IMG/VR virus record: IMGVR_UViG_3300036778_000019
Coordinates: 1 to 59,365 of that record
Direction: 5' to 3' (one strand)
Length of the DNA: 59,365 nucleotides
Origin: a virus
Taxonomy: Duplodnaviria; Caudoviricetes
Below the pieces are notes generated by a model. It had not been told where the DNA came from, searched no databases, and worked only from the letters and a program-made list of their open reading frames with translations. Positions 8,796-18,462 of this stretch are shown here, piece by piece. The position numbers and the translations under genes were made by a program. How positions within the stretch are numbered: the stretch's first letter is position 1; each line of letters begins with the position of its first letter.

Positions 8796-9041
8796 AAGAC
8801 AAGTTTATCCCTGCTGGCAAGCAGGAGAGAGGCGAGGCTGCGCGATGGGTATGAGCGAGGACTTCCAACGGTTCCGGCTGATCGAGGGCGGTAAGACGCG
8901 GGAGTTTACCGACTGCGACGAGTTCAAGGCACTACTGGCTGAGATGATGGTCAAAAACCATCAGATCGAGTTCCGCGTTTGGGAAGAGGTCAGCGGGGAA
9001 CTGGTCGTCGAGGTACTATAGCAGTTGTTAGCGGAGCACTA

Positions 9042-9224
9042 ATGACGAAGATGGTATTTGCCGATGATCGGGTGTGGCTGGTAGCGGATACGGCCGAGTG
9101 GCCGGAGTCGCAGGCCGCCGACGAACTCCTCGTCGAGGAGTCGCGGAAGAAGCGTGCGCTTCAGCAGTGGCACAGGGCTTTCGTCCGCGTCGAACAGATG
9201 TTGCGCGAGAATCAGGTACAGTAG
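9042..9224 (+). CDS. Hypothetical protein
   Basis: GGAG RBS before ATG 9042. Confidence 0.5.
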   Translation: MTKMVFADDRVWLVADTAEWPESQAADELLVEESRKKRALQQWHRAFVRVEQMLRENQVQ

Positions 9225-9299
9225 GCAACAGAAATACCTCTCTCTGGTCGCGCCTCCGCTTGTGGTACGGCCAAGGGTTCCGCAGCGGAGGCGAGTCGA

Positions 9300-9509
9300 A
9301 TGACGGGAACAGAAGTCTTGATGGAAGTGGCCGAGAGCTTCAGGGATAACGGCGAAGCAAAGGATCTCATCATCGTTTACTCGGATACGAATGATGAGGT
9401 CTACGTGAAGGGGAACTGTAGCCTGACGCGGGCGTTAGGTCTGGCGACGTATTCACAGGCTCACATCGCCAAAGCTCTGCTTGAGTCGGCTCGTACAATA
9501 AAGCCATGA
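9300..9509 (+). CDS. Hypothetical protein
   Basis: GGAGG RBS; ATGA overlap. Confidence 0.65.
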   Translation: MTGTEVLMEVAESFRDNGEAKDLIIVYSDTNDEVYVKGNCSLTRALGLATYSQAHIAKALLESARTIKP

Positions 9510-10009
9510 CCAACTACGACACGGCTTCGCCACTCGTCGACAAACATCTGGCACCGGATGGGTCTATGAGCACCAGTGCCGGGGTCTCGGTTGCTCCCGC
9601 CGACGAGGTGTGGGCGCAACGCTACGTCCAAGCCAGCCCGATTGCGGACAAGTGGCTCAATCCGGACGGCACGATTACGGCTGGAAACGCCGGAGGTGGC
9701 GGTGCTGAGCAAGTCTATCCACCTGCGGGGATCGCGGTCTCGACTGGAACGTCATGGAGTCCGTCTGTTGCGTTCGCTACGAACCTAGCTGCTGGATATT
9801 TACTCACCAGCGGAGGGCCGGGCGTCATCACTTATTCCAACGTCATGTCCGCTCCCCTGAGTTCCAATTTGACCGTTCCCGGTAATCTCACCGCAGGCAC
9901 GATCACGTCGGCATCTATTCCGCAGGTGATTCAGTCGGCTGACGAGGCGACAGCGATCTCCGACAGCACGGCCAACCCGCATAACATTTACTTCTGGGTG
10001 GAGGAGTAA
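9506..10009 (+). CDS. Ser/Thr/Gly-rich putative virion/fibre-like protein
   Basis: Shares YPPAGIAVS.G..WSPS with tail fibre 30028-31875; internal ASP..DK.L.PDG repeat. Confidence 0.7.
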   Translation: MTNYDTASPLVDKHLAPDGSMSTSAGVSVAPADEVWAQRYVQASPIADKWLNPDGTITAGNAGGGGAEQVYPPAGIAVSTGTSWSPSVAFATNLAAGYLLTSGGPGVITYSNVMSAPLSSNLTVPGNLTAGTITSASIPQVIQSADEATAISDSTANPHNIYFWVEE

Positions 10010-10173
10010 TGGGATTCGCCAGCGGCGGCGTCGCAATCCAAGACGGGGCCAACATCGCTCTTCAGGGGTTGAAGCCTGCGGGTATGGCTGCGGGTGGCAC
10101 GGTCATCTGGCGGGGGGCTGCTCCGGCACCTACGCGGGCGAAGCTGAAGCCGAAACCGAAGTCACGAAGGTAG
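10009..10173 (+). CDS. Small Gly-rich protein (54 aa, not in ORF track)
   Basis: TAATG coupling, GGAGG RBS; MGFASGGVAIQDGANIAL... Confidence 0.6.
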   Translation: MGFASGGVAIQDGANIALQGLKPAGMAAGGTVIWRGAAPAPTRAKLKPKPKSRR

Positions 10174-10207
10174 CCGAGGGGCTTGCACGGCTTCGTACAA
10201 TGTTCGT

Positions 10208-10603
10208 ATGAACCCGAATATCACTACCGAAGCCGAGCAGAAGACGAAGCCGCCTGAAAAGGCCGCTGATACGCCGTCCACGCAGCCCAAGGCAGAGCCG
10301 GAAGCCGTAAAGCCTGTAACACCACTCGAAACCAAGGAACGGCTCAAGCTGGGCGATACCCGCGCCGATCACGTGATTGCTGCCAACGTGGCCTCCGGTA
10401 TCAGCATCGAGCGGCAGGTAGAGACTCGCGCCAAGGAGCTTCTGGTGAAGAAGCAGAACGGGCGCAGGCTCTCTAAGGGAGAGCAGAACCTCGTGGATTT
10501 CTACAACGTTGATCGCGTTCACCGCCATCCCTCCGGAGCGCAGCAGGCCGACATGCTACGACGAGCCGAATCCGTGACCGAGGACCTTCACTGGCTGCGA
10601 TAA
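10208..10603 (+). CDS. Hypothetical protein (leaderless)
   Basis: TACAAT-N6-ATG. Confidence 0.7.
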   Translation: MNPNITTEAEQKTKPPEKAADTPSTQPKAEPEAVKPVTPLETKERLKLGDTRADHVIAANVASGISIERQVETRAKELLVKKQNGRRLSKGEQNLVDFYNVDRVHRHPSGAQQADMLRRAESVTEDLHWLR

Positions 10604-10764
10604 ATCTTCCCCAAACCCAACCCACCCGAAAGGTAGATCAAAGCCATGCCAGAAGATCCAAAACACCCCCACCCCGCCGACGTTCCCAAGCCAGCCGACT
10701 CTCCGGATAAACCCGTCAAGCCGAACGGAGACGACGACGAAGAAGAGGAAGAAAAGAAGAAGCC

Positions 10765-11199
10765 ATGAGCGTAACCGTTCACCTTCACAGGCGCGATGGC
10801 CGGGTCGTCACACTCGACTCGGCCAAGCCTGCTATGCGGGCAAAGGTGCGCGACTGTCCCGGCTGCGGCGGGAAGTGCAAAGACACTGCCAAGACCATCG
10901 ACGCAGGTGAGGTGCGGCAGAAGCTCAACGAACTGATGAAGTTCTTTAGCCTCAGCGGCGACGCAGCCAAGGACGGCGAAGAGGTAGTAGAGGAGCGGAC
11001 TCCCGGCATCGATCGTATCCGGCAATCGCTGGCCGACTGGCAGGAGGAGCAGAAGATTACGCAGGCCGAGATCGATGCGGCCATCCCTTCCGCAGTCCCT
11101 GCGCTGAACCGCATCCTTCAGAACCAGATAATTCGTATCAAGCAACTGGAGATGGAACTATTTCGACTTGAGCGCGACGGCGAGAATCGAGGCGTCTAA
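10765..11199 (+). CDS. Putative internal head protein (VHLH motif)
   Basis: MSVTVHLHRRD; several x-x-D sites; next to head genes. Confidence 0.6.
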   Translation: MSVTVHLHRRDGRVVTLDSAKPAMRAKVRDCPGCGGKCKDTAKTIDAGEVRQKLNELMKFFSLSGDAAKDGEEVVEERTPGIDRIRQSLADWQEEQKITQAEIDAAIPSAVPALNRILQNQIIRIKQLEMELFRLERDGENRGV

Positions 11200-11369
11200 T
11201 GCTACTGATCGTCATCATCCTCTTGGTGAGCTTCATCCTCGTCCCTCTGCTCGAACTGACGCTGAAGGACTACGTTCTGCTGGTTGCCAAGGTGCTCGTC
11301 TACGCCGTCACGTTGGTCTACGTCGCTTGGGAACTATTTGCAGCGGGCCATCACGCCATTCTGACTTGA
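11199..11369 (+). CDS. Small two-TM membrane protein (56 aa, not in ORF track)
   Basis: MLLIVIILLVSFILVPLLELTLKDYVLLVAKVLVYAVTLVYVAW...; TAATG coupling. Confidence 0.65.
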   Translation: MLLIVIILLVSFILVPLLELTLKDYVLLVAKVLVYAVTLVYVAWELFAAGHHAILT

Positions 11370-11381
11370 GAGGTAACGGAC

Positions 11382-11783
11382 ATGCCCACGATTCATCTTC
11401 ACCTCCACCGACGAGTGCGCGACAAGGCGAAGGACTTTCAGCTCGGATCACGAACCGATAAGCTTTGGCAGCGGATCGACCGACTCAAGGCTCAGGGTGT
11501 TGACACCTCGACGGCAGAGAAGGCGATGCGAACCAATAACCTCGAAGCCGCCAACGTCATCGTGAACAGGCTGGAGACTGGACCACGCGACAAGCGCAAG
11601 GCCAAGGACGCTATGGACCTGATCACAGTTGTTCCCGGTGGATCTACGGGACTCGACTACAAGGTGATTTTTCCGGACGGAACGACAGGAGTGTACGGAG
11701 ACCGCCGACTTGCCCAACGCGAGATTCAATCGTGGATGAGCAGAAACAACAGTCGCGCTCAGGTCGAATGGAAGATCCAGTAG
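11382..11783 (+). CDS. Putative internal head protein (IHLHLH motif)
   Basis: MPTIHLHLHRRVRDKAKD; GAGG RBS. Confidence 0.65.
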   Translation: MPTIHLHLHRRVRDKAKDFQLGSRTDKLWQRIDRLKAQGVDTSTAEKAMRTNNLEAANVIVNRLETGPRDKRKAKDAMDLITVVPGGSTGLDYKVIFPDGTTGVYGDRRLAQREIQSWMSRNNSRAQVEWKIQ

Positions 11784-11793
11784 GGGCTGGCGA

Positions 11794-12585
11794 ATGGCCG
11801 TAGCTCCTCCACCCGCCGCGCAGATGACCGAACGCCAGAAGCAAGCGGCGATGCGGAAAGCTGCCAAGCTCAGATTCTCGAAGGCCCGCATCGCTGAGCG
11901 TGAATATCAACGCTCTCTGGTCGCCGTAGGTCGACAGGTTGGCTCGATCATCAACGGCTACACGGTTCAGAATCCCCTCGGCAACCAACAGCAGATGTAC
12001 CGCGCTCTGGAGTCCTACAGCCGCCTCATCGAGCCGTGGGCGCAGTCCGTTACCGAGCGTATGCACTCGGAGGTGGGCTGGCGCGATCTCCGCTCGTGGA
12101 AAGCTCTCGCAAACCAGATTGGCAGGGGTCTCACCGTCGAGCTTGCCCAAGCTCCGGTAGGAGTGGCGTTCTCGAAGCTTATGGCCGAGCAGGTGACGTT
12201 GATCAAGAGTCTGCCTCTGGAAGCAGGCCAGAGAGTCCACCAACTGACACAGCAGGCTCTTATCGGCGGCGCGAGGCTCGATGAGATCGTGCCGGAGATC
12301 CTTCGCTCCGGTCAGGTGACGGTAAGCCGCGCCAAGCTGATCGCACGAACTGAGACGGCACGAACATCCTCAGTCCTGACGCAGGTGAGAGCCGAGCATG
12401 TTGGCTCTGACTCCTACATCTGGCGCACGGCACAAGACGCGCAGGTTCGGGAAGAGCATCGCAAGCTGGAGGGGAAGACGATTCTGTGGAGTCAGCCGCC
12501 TATCGCAGCCGCGAACGGAACACGCTACCACGCGGGACAGGGGCCGAACTGCCGCTGCTACCCAGAGCCGCTGTTGAATGACTAA
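11794..12585 (+). CDS. Head morphogenesis protein, Mu gpF / SPP1 gp7 family
   Basis: RAKLIARTET...YIWRTAQDAQVREEH...NCRC. Confidence 0.95.
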   Translation: MAVAPPPAAQMTERQKQAAMRKAAKLRFSKARIAEREYQRSLVAVGRQVGSIINGYTVQNPLGNQQQMYRALESYSRLIEPWAQSVTERMHSEVGWRDLRSWKALANQIGRGLTVELAQAPVGVAFSKLMAEQVTLIKSLPLEAGQRVHQLTQQALIGGARLDEIVPEILRSGQVTVSRAKLIARTETARTSSVLTQVRAEHVGSDSYIWRTAQDAQVREEHRKLEGKTILWSQPPIAAANGTRYHAGQGPNCRCYPEPLLND

Positions 12586-12665
12586 ATCCTCTAGGATACT
12601 ATCGTTTCCATATAAAAACTTCAAGTAAAGGTTCACTGGAACCAAATTAGTAACATCCCCCTAGG

Positions 12666-12686
12666 ATTTTCCGGTAACCGGAAAAT
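12666..12686. promoter_or_regulatory. 21-bp palindrome, copy 1
   Basis: ATTTTCCGGTAACCGGAAAAT upstream of DUF2213 gene. Confidence 0.85.
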
Positions 12687-12738
12687 GAATGGGGTATTGA
12701 CACGCGACGTATAACGGAAGTTATGGGGTACTTAAGCG

Positions 12739-14148
12739 GTGCGATTCTTTACGACGCTCAAGCTTGGACCGAACCGCGAGAAGACTCCCGAGGGCTTTCT
12801 GCTCTGCCGCAATGTGCCGATAGGTCGTACCGGAGTTCAACTCTATGGTCCCGGTGAAACGCCAGTCACGGACGGAGCCGATGGAACGGTCAAGATTCAC
12901 CGCAGGGACAAGGACGTTTTCCGTGACGAGACTATCGAAAGCTTCAACGGGAAGCCCGTCACGCTCGATCATCCGGACGAAGACGTAACGCCGGAGAACT
13001 GGAAGGATCTCGCCGTAGGCGTCGTGTTCGATACGCGCCGAGGCGTCGGAGTCGAAGATGACTTGCTTCTCGCAGATCTGCTCATTACCGACAAAGACGC
13101 TATCAGTAAGGTCGTCGACGAAGGTCTCGAAGAAGTCTCAAGCGGCTATGACGCCGAGTACGAAGAAGAGTCAGCAGGAGTTGGATATCAGGTCGATATC
13201 CTCGGTAATCACGTCGCTCTGGTAGATCAGGGGCGATGCGGACCAAGATGCAGTATCCGTGACGCGGAGGGTGAGATGAAGGTAGCGACGAAGACCAAGA
13301 CCACATTCAAGGATCGTATCCGCAAAGCCTTCCGAGCCAAGGATCAGGACGAACTTGAAACCGTCCTCGAAGCCATCGAAGAAGCTGCCGATGACGGCAC
13401 TCTTGTAGGCGAGACGCATATCCACATCCATCCGGACGGCGGCGACGATGACGGCGAGAACGGTAACGGCGAAAACGGCAACGGAGACAAGAGCCTCCGC
13501 GTCGTTGGCGATCAGGAAGGTGAAGAGGGCACGGATCTGGCCGAACGGCTGGCCTCCTGTGAGCGCACCGTGGCCGAGATTCAGGCGCGGCTCTCCGCTC
13601 TCGAAGGCACGGGAGACAAGAAGACGGGCGACAAGATCGTCGACTCCAAAGCCAAGGACGAAGATCCAGACGAAGACGTGACCGAAGAGACGTCGGACTC
13701 GGCCAAGGCTGACGCGGCCAAGGTGACTGACTCGCGCTACATGGAGGAGTCGGTTCAGGCGACGATGGCGGCGGCTGAAGTTCTGGCGCCGGGGATCTCG
13801 TTCCCCACCTTTGATCGCGCCACCAAACCACGCGACACAGTGAGCGGTCTAACGGGGCTGCGCAAGAAGGCTCTGTCGATTGCGTCTTCATCGACGGCGG
13901 GAGCGGCGATGCTGGCCGAGTTGCGTGGCGACAGGCCGCTGACTGCGGAAGCTCTGAATCGGCTCTCCGTCAAGGACACCCGCAACCTCTTTTTCTCCGC
14001 AGCCGCACAGATGAAAGCTATGAATCGGACTGCGACTCAGTTTGATGGCGGCAACAACTTTGTTCGCACCGCTGATGCAGCCGGGCCGCTCACGATCAAG
14101 CAGATGAACGAACGCAACCGCGAGTTTTGGTCGAAACGGGTCATGTAG
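12739..14148 (+). CDS. DUF2213 protein (putative prohead protease/scaffold)
   Basis: TPEGFLLC.NVPIGRTG, SFNGKPVTLDHP, EVSSGYDA, NHVALVDQGRCG; acidic scaffold-like tail. Confidence 0.93.
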   Translation: MRFFTTLKLGPNREKTPEGFLLCRNVPIGRTGVQLYGPGETPVTDGADGTVKIHRRDKDVFRDETIESFNGKPVTLDHPDEDVTPENWKDLAVGVVFDTRRGVGVEDDLLLADLLITDKDAISKVVDEGLEEVSSGYDAEYEEESAGVGYQVDILGNHVALVDQGRCGPRCSIRDAEGEMKVATKTKTTFKDRIRKAFRAKDQDELETVLEAIEEAADDGTLVGETHIHIHPDGGDDDGENGNGENGNGDKSLRVVGDQEGEEGTDLAERLASCERTVAEIQARLSALEGTGDKKTGDKIVDSKAKDEDPDEDVTEETSDSAKADAAKVTDSRYMEESVQATMAAAEVLAPGISFPTFDRATKPRDTVSGLTGLRKKALSIASSSTAGAAMLAELRGDRPLTAEALNRLSVKDTRNLFFSAAAQMKAMNRTATQFDGGNNFVRTADAAGPLTIKQMNERNREFWSKRVM

Positions 14149-14192
14149 CCGTGACCGAACCAGTGGCAGTACCGAAGCGTAAAGGAGCCGTA

Positions 14193-14774
14193 ATGCAGAC
14201 CATTCGTGACTTCATCACCCGCCTGCTGGATAAAAAGCCCACCCTGCGCCGCCTGCCCGGGCGATGGAAAGTCCGCGATGCGGCTTCGACTTCTCCGATG
14301 GTTCTCACCTTCCGCATGCCCGGTCTGCAACCGGGCGGCGTCACCCGAACGCATCCACAGTGGATCGAGCCTTGCAAGATCGAGCCGGGTCAGCTTCTGG
14401 TTCCCGGTCAGGCCGTGATGATCTCCGACGCCGGAGACTCGGTTCGCGCCTTCGGCACTGCTGATGCTGCGGCCACGTTCATCTACGGCATCGTCGTGCG
14501 GGCGTACCCGACGCAGCCGTTCGTTCTCAACTCGGACATGACGCAGATCGCAGCGCCACCCGTTGTCGACGTTCTGCGCGAGGGCTATATCGGCGTTCGC
14601 TGCGCTGGCGTTGCAACGAAGTTTGGTGAGGCGTTTGTTGTCGAAGCCGATGCCACCTTCTCTGCGGTCTCCGGTGTTGGACCGCTCTCGAACGCGCACT
14701 TCAACGGTCAGCCGGATTCGAACGGTCTTGCCGAGTTGGTCGTCACGATCCCCCATACGGGCGGTGGTGAGTAA
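14193..14774 (+). CDS. Head decoration / cement protein
   Basis: Between DUF2213 and MCP; FRMP.....GGVTR...YGIVVRAYP...DVLREGYI; AAGGAG RBS. Confidence 0.8.
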   Translation: MQTIRDFITRLLDKKPTLRRLPGRWKVRDAASTSPMVLTFRMPGLQPGGVTRTHPQWIEPCKIEPGQLLVPGQAVMISDAGDSVRAFGTADAAATFIYGIVVRAYPTQPFVLNSDMTQIAAPPVVDVLREGYIGVRCAGVATKFGEAFVVEADATFSAVSGVGPLSNAHFNGQPDSNGLAELVVTIPHTGGGE

Positions 14775-14795
14775 ATTTTCCGGAAACCGGAAAAT
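14775..14795. promoter_or_regulatory. 21-bp palindrome, copy 2
   Basis: ATTTTCCGGAAACCGGAAAAT upstream of MCP. Confidence 0.85.
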
Positions 14796-14832
14796 CAGTT
14801 TCAGAATTTCGCCGTAAAACGAGGAGATTCAA

Positions 14833-15897
14833 ATGTTCACCTTTGAGACTGCACGCCGCACCCTCGACGCCAATGGAGTACCACTTGGCCAGCGTTACCG
14901 TACCCATGACGGCCGCTGGTGCGACTCAACGGGAACATTCCTTGTGGGCGAACTGGAACGCCTCGACCCGACGCTTCACCTGCCGCTGGTCGATGTGACG
15001 TGGGCGCGTGATATCGACCTCCGCGAAGACGTCACGTTGGCCGACGAGTTTACTGCGTTCGCGCAGCAGACGGTGGCCTCGGCTGGCTCACTCGGTACAG
15101 GCCACGGCGTCGGTACGGGCAAGGCGTGGATCGGCAAGACCACGACCCAGATCACAGGCGTCGATCTCGACATCAACAAAATGGCTCTGCCGTTGACCCT
15201 GTGGGCGCTGGAATTGAAGTACACGATTCCGGAGCTTGAGAGTGCCATCCGGCTTGGCCGACCCATCGATCAAGGCAAGATCGACGCGATCAACCTGAAG
15301 CACCAGATGGATATCGACGAGCAGGTCTACATCGGTGACCTATCGCTCTCGCAGCCGGGGCTTCTGACCAGCCCGCGAGTGATGCGAACCAACTTCCCCG
15401 CGACGTCGCAGGCCGGAGGTGGGACGCAGTGGAGAAACAAGACTCCGGATGAGGTTCTGGCTGACTTCAATCAGGCGCTGACGACAACGTGGGCAGCTTC
15501 GGGCTGGTCCACCATGTCGAACCGCATCGGCATCCCGCCCGAGCAGTTCGGCTACATCGCCACGGCGAAGGTTGCGACGCAGGCTGGCAATATGTCCATC
15601 AAGCGGTACATCGAAGAGAACAACGTCTCCGTCTCGAACGGCAGCGGCTCTCTGACCATCGTCCCGATCAAGTGGCTCACCGGAGCGGGCGAGGGTGGCG
15701 TACTCGGCCAGCCGAATACGGTAGACCGCATGATCGTCTACACCAAGGCTTATGATCGCGTCCGTTTCCCTATGACGCTGCTGCAACGTACGCCGCTTCA
15801 GTACGAAGGGATCTATCACAAGGCGACCTACTATTGCCGCTTAGGTGTCGTCGAGTGGGTCTATCCGGAGACGGCATCCTACTGGGATGGTCTGTAA
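14833..15897 (+). CDS. Major capsid protein (DUF2184 family)
   Basis: FLVGELERLDPTLHLPL...TWARDIDLREDV...G.VEWVYPET..Y.DG. Confidence 0.93.
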   Translation: MFTFETARRTLDANGVPLGQRYRTHDGRWCDSTGTFLVGELERLDPTLHLPLVDVTWARDIDLREDVTLADEFTAFAQQTVASAGSLGTGHGVGTGKAWIGKTTTQITGVDLDINKMALPLTLWALELKYTIPELESAIRLGRPIDQGKIDAINLKHQMDIDEQVYIGDLSLSQPGLLTSPRVMRTNFPATSQAGGGTQWRNKTPDEVLADFNQALTTTWAASGWSTMSNRIGIPPEQFGYIATAKVATQAGNMSIKRYIEENNVSVSNGSGSLTIVPIKWLTGAGEGGVLGQPNTVDRMIVYTKAYDRVRFPMTLLQRTPLQYEGIYHKATYYCRLGVVEWVYPETASYWDGL

Positions 15898-15930
15898 GAG
15901 TTCTTTGCAGGCAGTAACTAAAAGCAAAGT

Positions 15931-15963
15931 GAAAAGGCAGCGGCGTAGGGCTGCTGCCTTTTC
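15931..15963 (+). terminator. Intrinsic terminator after MCP
   Basis: GAAAAGGCAGCGGC-N5-GCTGCTGCCTTTTC. Confidence 0.85.
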
Positions 15964-15981
15964 TGTGAAGGAGAAAACACA

Positions 15982-16602
15982 ATGGCGCAACCACCGATCA
16001 CCCGCAAAGAGTCTCCGGAGAAGGATGCGAGACACACCAGCAGGCAAGCCGAGCACGGAACGCTGCCAGACTTCGAGAGCGGCGAACCACGTCCCGGTCA
16101 GTTGCGGTCAGACCACATCTTCCCGTCCACGATGACGTCACCTGAGCCACAGGTGTACGACGACAAGACAGGTCTGCCTGTACTGCGGCTCTCGCCCGAT
16201 CCCGGTACGACACTGAAGTTCACCATCACCGACGTCATCACCTATCATCAGGCCGAAGACGCGGGCCAAGCTCCACCGAAGCGGCTTGAGAAGCTGCCGG
16301 AGGATGCGGTCAAGAAGGCCAAACTGACGGGCATCATCAAGGTCTCGGACGACGAGCGCGAAGAGCTTCAGAAAGAAGCCGACGAAGACGCGAAGCAGAG
16401 ATCACTAGCGCAGGGAAGATATCCCCCACCCGCTCGCGTTTCCGCTGCCTCGCCTGTAAACGCTCCCGTTCACGCTGCACCTCTTCATGGCGATCCATCA
16501 GCCCACACTGCTCCCGCCCCGCTGGGAGCAGGTAAGACGCCTGCGGAATCTTCGACACAGGCGAAGTATGACAATCGCGGCGGGGGCGAGGAGAAGAAAT
16601 GA
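15982..16602 (+). CDS. Hypothetical protein (head module)
   Basis: AAGGAG RBS; low-complexity termini. Confidence 0.75.
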   Translation: MAQPPITRKESPEKDARHTSRQAEHGTLPDFESGEPRPGQLRSDHIFPSTMTSPEPQVYDDKTGLPVLRLSPDPGTTLKFTITDVITYHQAEDAGQAPPKRLEKLPEDAVKKAKLTGIIKVSDDEREELQKEADEDAKQRSLAQGRYPPPARVSAASPVNAPVHAAPLHGDPSAHTAPAPLGAGKTPAESSTQAKYDNRGGGEEKK

Positions 16603-16970
16603 TTATCACCAGTACCGAGCCTGTAGGTACGGGATCGTATGCGACCAAAGCACTATCGCCCAATGAAGCTCCGGCGAAGAACAACATCATCGGGAGCTTC
16701 AGGCGCATGGGCTTTCTGACTCCGGAGCAAGCTTGCGAGAAGTTCGGCGGCGAGGTAGAGCCGATGATCTTCCCGCAGGACGTCCACCTGACCACGCAGG
16801 AGCGCGAGATCATCCGCTATCCCGCAGGCCGACACGATGTACCCGTCGAACTTTCCGGTCACCCTTACCTCAAGGCGAACGGCGTGACGACCCTGAGTGC
16901 GCCACCTGTTCGTGAACTCCAACCGACGTTAGCGGGCAACGTCTCCAAGACCGCACCGCTGGAAAAGTAG
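16599..16970 (+). CDS. Small virion-module protein
   Basis: YPAGRHDVP.EL..HPYLKANG; ATGA coupling. Confidence 0.7.
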   Translation: MIITSTEPVGTGSYATKALSPNEAPAKNNIIGSFRRMGFLTPEQACEKFGGEVEPMIFPQDVHLTTQEREIIRYPAGRHDVPVELSGHPYLKANGVTTLSAPPVRELQPTLAGNVSKTAPLEK

Positions 16971-16995
16971 GGCGAGAGTGTATGGATCGAGAGCA

Positions 16996-17562
16996 ATGCC
17001 GGTGCCAACGACTCCGGACGAGTTTCGGGCAGTCGCTCCTGCGTTCTCCGATCCGGTGATGTTTCCCGATGCGTCGATCCAGTTCTGGCTCGATGCTGCG
17101 AGCATCCTGCTCACCTGCCGCTGGGGTTCGGCGCTGGCCATCGGCACCGTCCTCTTCGTAGAACACAATCTGGCTCTGGAAGCGGCTGCGATGCCTGCGG
17201 CTGGCTCTGGTGGCGTCCCGGGCATGCTCCACGGCGTCGTCAGTTCGGAGGCTGCTGGCTCGGTCTCCGTCTCCTACGACACGGGCATGGCTGCGGAGTC
17301 CAGTGCGGGCCACTGGAACCTGACCGTCTACGGGGAGCGGTTCCTTCGCATGGCTAGATTGGTTGGCGCTGGTCCGATACAGTTGGGCGTACCAGCTTGG
17401 GCCTCAGTGTGTCCCTGCAATGGCATGTTGGACCCCTCGGCATGGACCGCGCAGGGGCTGGGGAGCTTTGGCCCGGGCTGGTACAACCAAAACCCCAACT
17501 CGAACGTTCCGGTAGGGAGATTCCTGCCACAGCCACAGCCGCGCTTCGGGGGTAAGTGGTGA
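16996..17562 (+). CDS. DUF4054 head-tail adaptor
   Basis: FR...PAFSD...FPD; G.VSVSYD; WNLT.YG.RF. Confidence 0.9.
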   Translation: MPVPTTPDEFRAVAPAFSDPVMFPDASIQFWLDAASILLTCRWGSALAIGTVLFVEHNLALEAAAMPAAGSGGVPGMLHGVVSSEAAGSVSVSYDTGMAAESSAGHWNLTVYGERFLRMARLVGAGPIQLGVPAWASVCPCNGMLDPSAWTAQGLGSFGPGWYNQNPNSNVPVGRFLPQPQPRFGGKW

Positions 17563-18089
17563 ACAACGACACGCTGCTCAACTACAAGATCACAACCGTC
17601 GTCGACAACACGAAGATGTTGAAGGCTGCGATGGCGACTCTGGCGAGGCGCATGGTCGTCGTCGGCTATCCCGAAGACAAGACCGTATCGCGCAGCGGTG
17701 GAGGGATAACTAATGCGTCGCTGGCCTACATACAGGATCGTGGATCCCCGGCGAACAATATACCGCCGCGTCCGTTTCTTCAACCGGGTGTTGATGCGGT
17801 CACGCTGCCCATCCAAAAGCGTCTTGCGCAGGGGGCAACGGCTGCTCTTGACGGCGACGAGGGTGGAGTCGATAAAAGCCTCAATGCGGCGGGGCTGACG
17901 GCTCAGGCAGGCGTCCGCGCTTACATCACCAACGGAGCTTTTACGCCGCTCAAGCCGGGAACGATCAAGGGTCGCCGCCGCAAGGGTTTCATGGGTACGA
18001 AGCCGCTGATCGTAACCGGGCAGCTACGCAACGCGGTGAACTACAGCCTGCGGAATCGTCGGGGAGGTGACAGCAATGCCTTCGCTTGA
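17556..18089 (+). CDS. Neck / virion morphogenesis protein
   Basis: NIPPRPFL...KPLIVTGQLRNAVNY. Confidence 0.85.
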   Translation: MVNNDTLLNYKITTVVDNTKMLKAAMATLARRMVVVGYPEDKTVSRSGGGITNASLAYIQDRGSPANNIPPRPFLQPGVDAVTLPIQKRLAQGATAALDGDEGGVDKSLNAAGLTAQAGVRAYITNGAFTPLKPGTIKGRRRKGFMGTKPLIVTGQLRNAVNYSLRNRRGGDSNAFA

Positions 18090-18462
18090 TGTCAACGTCG
18101 TCCTCTCAAGCCCGCTCTTCATGGACACCTTTACGGTGGTGCGGCGTGGTTCCGCAGTCAACGCGCAGGGGCGCACGGAGTCGATAGAGGAGCAGATACC
18201 GACGACGGGAATTGTGCAGCCCTCGGGCGCGAATACGCAGGATCGGCCAAAGGATTATGCGACGGGCAGAAAAAGCTGTCTCGTCATTACGCAGTTTCGG
18301 CTGCGGCAGCAAACGGATGGCTATTTACCGGACTTGGTTCTCTGGCGCGGAGACGATTACTTGGTCGAGACCGTAGAGGACTACACCAACTATGGTCGCG
18401 GCTTCGTGCAGGCGTACTGCACCAGCCAAGACTTGCAGGACGCACCACCGATGGAGGGTTGA
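18076..18462 (+). CDS. Head-closure / head-tail joining protein
   Basis: Synteny; PDLVLWRGDDYLV...YGRGFVQA. Confidence 0.8.
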   Translation: MPSLDVNVVLSSPLFMDTFTVVRRGSAVNAQGRTESIEEQIPTTGIVQPSGANTQDRPKDYATGRKSCLVITQFRLRQQTDGYLPDLVLWRGDDYLVETVEDYTNYGRGFVQAYCTSQDLQDAPPMEG

